From positions 1 to 15,488 of the forward strand of contig JAWOFX010000031.1 in NCBI GenBank assembly GCA_046497275.1: a stretch of DNA of 15,488 nt, in the 5' to 3' direction. The notes below the pieces were generated by a model that saw only the letters and a list, made by a program, of their open reading frames with translations, made no database searches and had not been told where the DNA came from. Positions within the stretch are counted from its first letter, which is position 1; each line of letters begins with the position of its first letter. Both the position numbers and the translations under genes were made by a program. Shown piece by piece: positions 8,106 through 15,488 of the stretch. The DNA comes from Promethearchaeia archaeon. Its GTDB lineage: Archaea; Asgardarchaeota; Lokiarchaeia; Sigyniarchaeales; SOKP01.

Positions 8106-8240
8106 TTATTTATTAAGTTTTTTATCCATCAATTTTTTACGTACGCCTTTAAGATATTCGTTTCGTTCTAGGAATTCTTCAAATGTTTTATGATTGAAAC
8201 TCCAAGACTTTCTATTCTGATAATGACGATATTCTCTCAT
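8106..8240 (-). CDS. Unannotated 44-aa basic helical micro-protein (micro-ORF B), apparent paralog of micro-ORF A
   Basis: Hand translation: MREYRHYQNRKSWSFNHKTFEEFLERNEYLKGVRKKLMDKKLNK*. An in-frame TAA upstream (8258-8256) fixes the ATG. Aligns without gaps to micro-ORF A (9 of 32 identical over W13-K44). Confidence 0.65.
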   Translation of the reverse strand: MREYRHYQNRKSWSFNHKTFEEFLERNEYLKGVRKKLMDKKLNK

Positions 8241-8327
8241 ATAGATCGAAAGAAATTATTTAAAGTTATTTTTAGATGGGTTTTCCAACTATTTAAATGT
8301 TAAGAAATTCGACGAATTATTAGGATT

Positions 8328-8356
8328 GAAAAGAAAAAAGAGGAAAAAGTGAAAAA
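8328..8356 (-). terminator. Oligo-T/pyrimidine tract downstream of the GH57 gene, probable archaeal intrinsic terminator
   Basis: Minus strand reads TTTTTCACTTTTTCCTCTTTTTTCTTTTC, beginning 20 nt after the TAG at 8376. Confidence 0.5.
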
Positions 8357-8375
8357 TTTAAAAGTGATGCCTTAA

Positions 8376-10556
8376 CTACAAGATAGTTATCTTAATATTG
8401 ATTGTAAAATCTTTTTCAAAATTGAAAATCGGAATAACATTAATTCCTTGAAAAATATCCTTATAGCCTTCATCTGTCCAAGTATAGGAGATTAGTGGGA
8501 ATTTAATTATTTTATTATTGAGATTAGAATCAATTTCTAAATCGAAAGTTAGATCATAATCTTTGTCATAAGCGCTAAAATGAGTAATAGAATATTGAAA
8601 TGGGTCTTGAAGAAGAACATCCTGTATTATATCTTCTTCTAGTTGATGACTTTTCCACGAAAAGTTTTTTGGGTCTCCATTAAAGAAGAAAGGAATATCA
8701 ACACCTAAATTTAATTTTTTTAAGAATTCTCCTAAATTATCATCACTTTGAGGATTTTTCAATATATTGCCTTTAATAGATAATTCTATAATATTTTTCT
8801 TAACTAAAATTTCTTTTCTTATTTTTATGCCAAAATTATAATTTGAATCAGCATGTCTTATCCACCCTTCTTTCTCTAAGATAATTATTGCTTTCTGATC
8901 ATCTTTTTGTGTTTTTATTACCTCAAAATTAGCTTCGGGAAAATTTGAGTATTCATCATATTTATCATCAGCTAATTGTTCTAAAGAAATATCATTTTGA
9001 AAGAATCTAATTCTAAGCATGCTCCTTCTAAATCTATCGATCGAAATTTCATTCTGTTCAATTTTCTCTTTTTCATGATATGCTTCCTCCCATCTTGTCA
9101 ATGTATTAAGCAAATTGTAAGCCTTAGGTTTATAATCTAGCTCAAAAATAGTACCTCCCTCAAAAGGGTTTATATATAAGTTTAATAGATCTGATTCAAT
9201 AATTAATTCTGTACGAGTTTTTTTAGTAAAATCCAATGGAAGAATACTCATATATGATTTTAAATTTGGAAATAAAATTTGATTAATCTCATCTATTAGG
9301 TTTTCAGCATTGATTAAGTGTTTATAAATCGCGAATCGCAAAAATTGTAAATAAACACCCCCAAATAAACCATGCCAATAGGGATCATTACATTGAGCTT
9401 TATAAATCTCATCCCAAACATTACTAATTTTTTGTTCGATTTCCTTTTTTTTATCTTGAATTTTTAGAGAATCCAGGTTTTGTTCAATTTGAATTAATTT
9501 TTCGCGCACATATAACATTTTTTTGTGCATATTATTAGACTCGGGATATTTTACAAGAAAATGTCGCCAAAATCCTCCTTTTAAAAACATATATAGTTCT
9601 TCTTTATCTTCATTTTCTCTTAATTTATCTCTATAATCTTCAAAAATTCTGCGGATTTTCGTGGGTAAAACCCATTCTTCCATTTTATCATAAGAAGCAG
9701 TTGGTAGGTATACTAAATCTTTTGCGGGAAAGGTTTTCATATATTCAGTAAGAGTTATCGATTTAATCCAATCATTTTTAACTATTCTTTCAAATAAGAT
9801 AGGTATAAATGGTTTACCGTTATCACCCTCTTTGTGTCCATTCCCTTCAACATAACAGATTTGGTGTGTAGAACCCCAAACACCCATTTTCTCGGCATCT
9901 GATATAAGAAGTGCCATTCTATCTCCTTTCTCATCAGCTAATTCTTTTAAATGGTTAATTGTATATGTGGTTGGTTTCCATGGAGTTAAATATCTTAAAT
10001 CTTCATTTATCGGGAAAATTCTAAGAGTTTTTCCTTGATCTTCTGTACTATAAGTATAAAGTGTCTCTTCTTGTGAAATCCCTGTCGATCTGAAATGGTT
10101 ATCATCTACAATAACATATTTTAATCCCGCTTTTTCTAAAAAGGAGGGATAATTTGGTTCCCATACTCGTTCTGATAACCAAGCGCCATTTACCTCTAAA
10201 TTGAATTCATTTTTGATTAATTTTGTTAATTTCTTAATTTGAGCAATCCTATCTTGCCTAGGGATTATAGCATATATGGGTTCATAATACCCGCCTCCTA
10301 TGATTTCTATTTGACCCCGATTTGCCATAGTTTTAATTTTTTCAATAAATTCTTTTTTATTTTTAATAAACCAGTCTAAAATGTTGCCTGAAAAATGAAG
10401 AGTGAATTTTATATTCGGATATTTATACATGGAGTCAATTAATGGTTTATATGCCTTCTTATAAGATTCTTCGAATACCCATTCAAAATTATCAATAGGT
10501 TGGTGGAAATGGAAGACTAATGGAAAGAAAATTGATTTTTTATTATTCTTACTCAT
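8376..10556 (-). CDS. Glycoside hydrolase family 57 alpha-amylase / 4-alpha-glucanotransferase (Thermococcales-like, with C-terminal domains)
   Basis: HFHQP, HFSG..L.W, GGYYEPI, WLSERVW (nucleophile Glu), SDAEKMG (acid/base Asp), YLPTASY..M.EW.LP, AQCND.YWHG.FGG.YL and GG.IFEL closely track the Thermococcus litoralis 4-alpha-glucanotransferase as I recall it. Confidence 0.93.
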   Translation of the reverse strand: MSKNNKKSIFFPLVFHFHQPIDNFEWVFEESYKKAYKPLIDSMYKYPNIKFTLHFSGNILDWFIKNKKEFIEKIKTMANRGQIEIIGGGYYEPIYAIIPRQDRIAQIKKLTKLIKNEFNLEVNGAWLSERVWEPNYPSFLEKAGLKYVIVDDNHFRSTGISQEETLYTYSTEDQGKTLRIFPINEDLRYLTPWKPTTYTINHLKELADEKGDRMALLISDAEKMGVWGSTHQICYVEGNGHKEGDNGKPFIPILFERIVKNDWIKSITLTEYMKTFPAKDLVYLPTASYDKMEEWVLPTKIRRIFEDYRDKLRENEDKEELYMFLKGGFWRHFLVKYPESNNMHKKMLYVREKLIQIEQNLDSLKIQDKKKEIEQKISNVWDEIYKAQCNDPYWHGLFGGVYLQFLRFAIYKHLINAENLIDEINQILFPNLKSYMSILPLDFTKKTRTELIIESDLLNLYINPFEGGTIFELDYKPKAYNLLNTLTRWEEAYHEKEKIEQNEISIDRFRRSMLRIRFFQNDISLEQLADDKYDEYSNFPEANFEVIKTQKDDQKAIIILEKEGWIRHADSNYNFGIKIRKEILVKKNIIELSIKGNILKNPQSDDNLGEFLKKLNLGVDIPFFFNGDPKNFSWKSHQLEEDIIQDVLLQDPFQYSITHFSAYDKDYDLTFDLEIDSNLNNKIIKFPLISYTWTDEGYKDIFQGINVIPIFNFEKDFTINIKITIL

Positions 10557-10779
10557 TTTTTTATTTTTCCTTTATATTGAAATTCTAATCTTTTTAATAA
10601 TGAATTAATCAAAAAATTTTGGGATTGTTTGAAAGAAAGAAATTAATTTATTAATTCACTATAAAGATTTATAGATTTTATATAGGAAATCAATATAATC
10701 ATTCCTAACTATTAATATTATATAATAACCACATTTCAATATTATTTTACCATAAATAAAAAACGGAATTGATGCAAAA

Positions 10780-12510
10780 ATGTCTTTTTTAACACACTTG
10801 GATGAAACTATTGTTGAAAATTTTTTGAATTCAAATGAATTTAAAGCATGGCTTATCTCGAGAAGATGGTTTGGAGATAAATTTCTATTATCGAATTTAG
10901 ATTTTTATATCTCATTGGAATATTTTGAAATTATTGCAGAGAGAATTTTTCTAACTGTTATTAAGATATCCAGGTCAGAGGAATATGAAAAAAAATATTT
11001 TCTCCCTCTATTATATTACAAAAATTTAGATCAAGTTTTAGAGTCTAGTGAAAAAGATAAGCATAATATTTTAAAACTCACGGAAAATACCTTTAGTAAA
11101 AAGATTGCTCTCACCCTTGAAAAAGAACAAAAAATTTTTACAATTAATCTAATAGAAGCGGAATTTACTCTCTATTTCTGGAAGAAAATGCTATTTGAAC
11201 AAGAAATAACCGAAAGTTTTCCACACCTCTCATTAAAATTAACTTTGTATGAGGAACAATTCCAAGACGAAATCAATATGAAAAAAGTCCAAAATCTCAT
11301 AGAGGCAAGTATTTACCCTGAACGATATGATGCTAAATTAGAACAATTAGGGAAAGGAAATACAACTAATTTATTGTTTAAATTAACACTCTTCAATAAA
11401 AAAGAGAAAAATGCGGAATCTATTTCTTATGTAATGAAGGCATATAAAGAATACTCAGATAGTTTAGAACCTTTAACGTTATTTGTATTATTGAAAAATA
11501 ATTTTCCTGGAACACCTAAAATATATGGAACTATTGAACTTAAAGGAAAAGAAGCTATAGGAGTCTATGAGTATTTGCCAAATCAAGGAAATGTCGGTGA
11601 TATACATTGGAATGAACTAAACGAGATGATCTATGAGGTTTTTTCAAATCCAAATGAGGATTATTCAAATTTGATCGAAAAAAAAGAGAGCTCTCGTTTA
11701 ATTAAAAATTTTTGTACAGAAACGCTCCAAGTCTCTGATAGAATAGCTGAATCTATAAATGAATTACATAAAACCCTTATTTTTCCTGAAAATGAACATT
11801 ATAAGTTAGAAGTAGTTGAAAGTGATTTTTATCTCAGTAATTATACTCAAAAACTAAATCTTATGATCTCAGATTTGCAGCATTTAATGAAACAAGAGTC
11901 TGAAAATATGTTCTATAATCTACCAAAAATCAGTTCAATCTTAATAGATACAAAAGACATTCTCGAAAAATTTAGAAATGAATTTCAAAAAGATAATATT
12001 GAAGTTCAAGCTGTTCATCAAGATCTTCACATGGAACAAATCCTTTATAAAAAAGAAAAGAATTCCTATAAATTCTATTTCATGGATTTTGAAGGTGATC
12101 CTCAACTCTCATTTGAAGAGAAGAAACAAAAATTCCCGATTGAAAAAGATTTGGCTTCTTATTTACGATCTTTAAGTTATATTAAATTCAATACACTACT
12201 CCAATATATCGAAAAAACAATTGTTAAAGAGGAGAGGTATGTTGTTGCTGAGGAGATTCTTTATAGTTTATTTTTCCGTAAAGGGACAAGAGAAAAAAGA
12301 AAAACTCTTAATAGTTTATTACATTTTTTAAATATATGGGAATCAAAAATCATGGGACGATTTCTTAAAGATTTAGAACCGAGCATTACATTGATAAATT
12401 ATTATACAATTGAACGAATTCTTCATGAAATTCAGTATGAAATGCTTTTTAGACCTAATAAATTTATAATTCCATTATTAGGACTCCAGGAAGTAATAGA
12501 AAATAATTAA
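10780..12510 (+). CDS. Maltokinase (Mak/Pep2)-like sugar kinase, aminoglycoside phosphotransferase/ePK-like fold
   Basis: N-cap WLISRRWFGDK (cf. WL..QRWF.GK), catalytic Lys in YVMKAYK, VHQDLHMEQIL (cf. IHGDLHLGQVL), DFEGDP (cf. DFEGEP) and KDLASYLRSLSY (cf. RDVAGMLRSFDY). Confidence 0.8.
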   Translation: MSFLTHLDETIVENFLNSNEFKAWLISRRWFGDKFLLSNLDFYISLEYFEIIAERIFLTVIKISRSEEYEKKYFLPLLYYKNLDQVLESSEKDKHNILKLTENTFSKKIALTLEKEQKIFTINLIEAEFTLYFWKKMLFEQEITESFPHLSLKLTLYEEQFQDEINMKKVQNLIEASIYPERYDAKLEQLGKGNTTNLLFKLTLFNKKEKNAESISYVMKAYKEYSDSLEPLTLFVLLKNNFPGTPKIYGTIELKGKEAIGVYEYLPNQGNVGDIHWNELNEMIYEVFSNPNEDYSNLIEKKESSRLIKNFCTETLQVSDRIAESINELHKTLIFPENEHYKLEVVESDFYLSNYTQKLNLMISDLQHLMKQESENMFYNLPKISSILIDTKDILEKFRNEFQKDNIEVQAVHQDLHMEQILYKKEKNSYKFYFMDFEGDPQLSFEEKKQKFPIEKDLASYLRSLSYIKFNTLLQYIEKTIVKEERYVVAEEILYSLFFRKGTREKRKTLNSLLHFLNIWESKIMGRFLKDLEPSITLINYYTIERILHEIQYEMLFRPNKFIIPLLGLQEVIENN

Positions 12511-13136
12511 CTTTTTTTATTTCTCTCTTCAATTTTTGCAAATTCAAAAGCAAAATGTGAGGCATCTCTTCGAACTGGTTGAATTATCTCCTTATATTTT
12601 TTCATAAGTTTGCTACTATCCTCAAGTTCTTCTGTAATGAATTCTTTATCATAATCCCCCTCATCTCCCTTTGTAATGAGGTACCAAATAAAGGCTTCAA
12701 CAAACCTTTCAGGTCCAAACTTTTTAGATATTAGTATATAATTTTGCTTATCTATAAATTTTGGAAATAATCCATATTCTTCGCAGAGATCTAATTTATA
12801 TGAAACATCATCTAATTTTCCTTCTAATCGAGCTAGGTCATTAATAAATCTGGCCAATTCAGTACCAAGCTCAATTTGTCTATGTTCATCAAATTTTGAG
12901 ATTAAAGATTTAAAAAATCTTCTTTTTAATAGAATCAAGTCATTTTCGTTAAGCGATTTTATTGAACTATGATCAATTAGAAAAAAGCGAGCCCTCTCTA
13001 AATATTCTCTAATTACTGCAGCTTTAGTTAATCTTCGTTTATCACAAATTTCATCTAATGTTTGATCAAGCTCTGGACTTATTCTTACTGTGAGAATCGC
13101 ATCCTTTTTATCTTCTTTTTTATCCTTTGGAGTCAT
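12507..13136 (-). CDS. Ribbon-helix-helix (CopG/MetJ-like) DNA-binding protein with a C-terminal putative ligand-binding domain
   Basis: aa 13-50, ILTVRISPELDQTLDEICDKRRLTKAAVIREYLER, fit the beta-strand/helix A/helix B pattern of RHH proteins. The remaining about 155 aa are unassigned, with a V4R/H-NOX-like pattern. Confidence 0.72.
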   Translation of the reverse strand: MTPKDKKEDKKDAILTVRISPELDQTLDEICDKRRLTKAAVIREYLERARFFLIDHSSIKSLNENDLILLKRRFFKSLISKFDEHRQIELGTELARFINDLARLEGKLDDVSYKLDLCEEYGLFPKFIDKQNYILISKKFGPERFVEAFIWYLITKGDEGDYDKEFITEELEDSSKLMKKYKEIIQPVRRDASHFAFEFAKIEERNKKS

Positions 13137-13146
13137 AATTCACTTG

Positions 13147-13162
13147 ATTTCACAATTGAAAT
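13147..13162. promoter_or_regulatory. Inverted repeat ATTTCA-CAAT-TGAAAT just upstream of the RHH gene; candidate operator
   Basis: Perfect 6-4-6 inverted repeat 11-26 nt upstream of ATG 13136. Confidence 0.35.
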
Positions 13163-13196
13163 GATTTTTGAATCTTCTATGATTCGATCTATTAAT

Positions 13197-13216
13197 CTTA
13201 AGTAACGAAAGTAATT
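13197..13216. repeat. Copy 1 of a 20-bp direct repeat (CTTAAGTAACGAAAGTAATT)
   Basis: 19 of 20 identical to 13738-13757. Confidence 0.6.
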
Positions 13217-13737
13217 TTTGTATTTATTTTTACCCCCTTTTTCAATAAAAATTAAAATTTAAGTTATAAATTTATGAAGAAAAAAGGATTATTTTAATTT
13301 ACAAATATATACCTGTAAAATGGCAGAGAATATTAAATTATTATGATTTTTCGTTAATTAAATACTTAATATCATAGATAATTTGGAGATTAATAAATAT
13401 ATCTCAATTGTAGTGAAATTGAATAAACATTTAAACTCTTAGTTCTATAATATCTAATATTCTTAATTTAAAATGCATAAAGGGTATTAATCTTAAGATT
13501 TAATAATATTTTTTCACAATATATGTATTTTGGGTTAAATTTTAGTAGATCGGAATATAATTTATATTTGAAATTCTATTTATACAATTGAATATTATTA
13601 GAAATCTTACTTATTTCTATTTAAGACCAACTTTTATTTAATTCTGGGTAATATAATTAAAAACTAAGTTGGTGTTTAAATCATTTTTTTAGAACAATAA
13701 AAAAGATTAATAATAAATTTATGTATTAGTTTGTAAG

Positions 13738-13757
13738 CTTAAGTAACTAAAGTAATT
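13738..13757. repeat. Copy 2 of the 20-bp direct repeat (CTTAAGTAACTAAAGTAATT)
   Basis: 19 of 20 identical to 13197-13216. Confidence 0.6.
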
Positions 13758-14484
13758 AATAAATATAATTTACTATAGAATCATAAGTTTTGAATTTTTA
13801 TAGGATTATATTTTTGTCAATAGAAAAGGATTAATATAATTATTGGGCTTTAATGGAATAAACATAATAAATGAACTTCGCTTTATTAATTATGGATATT
13901 AATTTATAAATATTCAAATTGTTATTGAATAAAGGTGTCTTTTTTTATTAAAAATAAGAAAATAATTTTCTAATAATATCTTACTCTGATATTTTTTATA
14001 TTTACTTATTTTTGAGCATTTTAAGAAATAGTGAAATTGGTATTAAAATCTAAACTATATCTAAAAAATCTCTATCTCCAATATTTTGTGATCATTTTGA
14101 TATCTAAGTAGAAATAGTATTTTTTCTCAAATTTTTGATCCTAAGAAATCTCTCTCTATAGGATTTTTATGATTATTTTAGGAACTTTTTTATAGCCTAT
14201 TAATATCTTTTTTAAGTATTTAGGAGATTAGATGATATATACAGATTTCTAAAGTTTTAATCAATTCTCATTTAATCAAACGGTTATTTATTGTTTTAAA
14301 GCAAATTAAAAGTAATTTGAAGAAATGTAGTATATTGTAAGTGAATGTAACTATTTAATTATTCTGAAGAATTAATATTACAATCGAATATCATAAAGTT
14401 TTTAACTAAGATATAAAAGGATAAAATTATTTTCTAAATTTGTTAAAGTAATCAAAATTTTTAATAAGGGTTATGTAAAAAATT

Positions 14485-14823
14485 ATGGAAATTAACGAAT
14501 TAACCGAAAGTGAAATTTTAGAGGTAGGTTTATTAGAAAATAATTCGGATTTGACAATTATTGATTCAGATAAGCATATTGAGTTAATAGTTAAAGCCCT
14601 TTCTTCAAAAACAAGACGAGAGATTCTGCAATATATCCGTACAGGTCCTATGGATGTGTCGAATATCGCTGCTAAATTAGATATGACTGAAGCGAATATC
14701 TCCGCTCAAATCAAAAAATTGGAAGAAGCAGGATTGATCTCTTGTGATTATAGCTCTGGAAAGCACGGGGTCCGAAAGATTAGTAAAATAAAATATAATC
14801 AATTATTATTACAATTTTCTTAA
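14485..14823 (+). CDS. ArsR-type winged helix-turn-helix transcriptional regulator
   Basis: KALSSKTRREIL.....PMDVSNIAAKLDMTEANISAQIKKLEEAGLI, then a wing with GKHGVRKI; acidic N-terminal extension. Confidence 0.9.
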   Translation: MEINELTESEILEVGLLENNSDLTIIDSDKHIELIVKALSSKTRREILQYIRTGPMDVSNIAAKLDMTEANISAQIKKLEEAGLISCDYSSGKHGVRKISKIKYNQLLLQFS

Positions 14824-14830
14824 AAACTTA

Positions 14831-14838
14831 TTTTTTTT
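14831..14838 (+). terminator. T8 tract after the ArsR-type gene, probable archaeal terminator
   Basis: Eight consecutive T starting 8 nt after the TAA. Confidence 0.45.
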
Positions 14839-14972
14839 ATCTCAAAATTTCTCATTATAATACGATCAAGGGTTTTGATATATCATAAGATAATCAACAC
14901 ACGATTTATTCTAAATTATATTTGTTTAAATATGTAAGAATAGAGGAATCACAAATATGTTGTTAGTTTAGA

Positions 14973-15308
14973 ATGAATTTAAATTTTTTAATCGAAAAAA
15001 AAATTATTGATAAATATCTAAGTAAATTTAAATCTCTTCAAAAAAGCACAGGATCATACGAAAAACAACAAAAGTCGAAATTTAAGTTAATTAATCAATT
15101 AATTAAGCTTCTGTTTAAATATAAAAACTTTGAATCTATAAATAAAAGCATAACAAATTTAATCTTTTTATATCTAAGTTTTTATCGTAAAAATACTCCT
15201 CCCGACTGCTTTATATCTCAAGATAATAATAACAGGGAGATGGAAAAAGAACAATATTTAGATATTTTAAAAAAAGAAATTTCTGGATATAAATTAGAAT
15301 TCACTTAA
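14973..15308 (+). CDS. Hypothetical Lys-rich protein
   Basis: 111 open codons in very AT-rich DNA, where stops are frequent, co-oriented with its neighbours; no recognisable motif. Confidence 0.6.
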   Translation: MNLNFLIEKKIIDKYLSKFKSLQKSTGSYEKQQKSKFKLINQLIKLLFKYKNFESINKSITNLIFLYLSFYRKNTPPDCFISQDNNNREMEKEQYLDILKKEISGYKLEFT

Positions 15309-15402
15309 TATTTGAAATAATTATAAATCAGAAATTTCGTCGTCTTTATTAATTTATATTTATGGAAAATGTTGGAAGATTATAATTTTAACAGGTGATA
15401 AG

Positions 15403-15488
15403 ATGAGTGAGAAAAGTCAAAAACTTAAAGATGGCATTCTATTTCCTTTATATATAAAAAATGAATTTCCAAATATTCACAAATTAAT
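15403..15488 (+). CDS. 5' end of an unidentified gene; runs off the right edge
   Basis: AGGTGAT ribosome-binding site at 15393-15399, then ATG 15403; MSEKSQKLKDGILFPLYIKNEFPNIHKL... is open to the end of the window. Confidence 0.7.
   Translation, partial: MSEKSQKLKDGILFPLYIKNEFPNIHKL

Noticed and set aside
10641-10656. AATTAAT-TT-ATTAATT inverted repeat in the GH57/kinase divergent promoter
   Set aside because: All A/T in very AT-rich DNA, so not distinguishable from chance; no TrmB-type TATCAC-N5-GTGATA motif seen either.
11978-12175. 65-aa + strand ORF from the track
   Set aside because: Alternative frame across the kinase catalytic motifs.
14223-14252. GGAG followed by a 6-codon ORF (MIYTDF*)
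   Set aside because: Too short, and over 200 nt from the next gene; expected by chance.
13137-14484. CRISPR array, tRNA/structured ncRNA or canonical oriC in the long gap
   Set aside because: Only two repeat copies, 541 bp apart; no GC-rich stems or cloverleaf; no ORB consensus or cdc6 gene.

Overview
AT-rich prokaryotic window that looks like an Asgard archaeon (Lokiarchaeia/Promethearchaeia-like). This is inferred from a longin-like domain, a Thermococcales-type GH57 enzyme, GGTGA-type ribosome-binding sites and oligo-T terminators; it was not confirmed by a database search. From left to right: the 5' part of an aldehyde:ferredoxin oxidoreductase-family gene coupled to a 2x[4Fe-4S] ferredoxin; a 757-aa single-pass glycoprotein with a cytoplasmic longin-like domain; a Cys-type sulfatase; an iron-sulfur flavoprotein divergent from a U32-family Fe-S protein; protein-L-isoaspartate methyltransferase; two tandem micro-ORFs missing from the ORF track (55 and 44 aa) that appear to be paralogs; a GH57 4-alpha-glucanotransferase/amylase head-to-head with a maltokinase-like kinase; a ribbon-helix-helix regulator; a 1.35-kb very AT-rich non-coding region with repeats; a short ArsR-type HTH protein; an orphan ORF; and the start of one more gene. 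I saw no rRNA, tRNA, CRISPR array or mobile element. The strongest leads are the paralogous micro-protein pair with its structured spacer, the receptor-like longin protein, and the GH57/maltokinase-like module.
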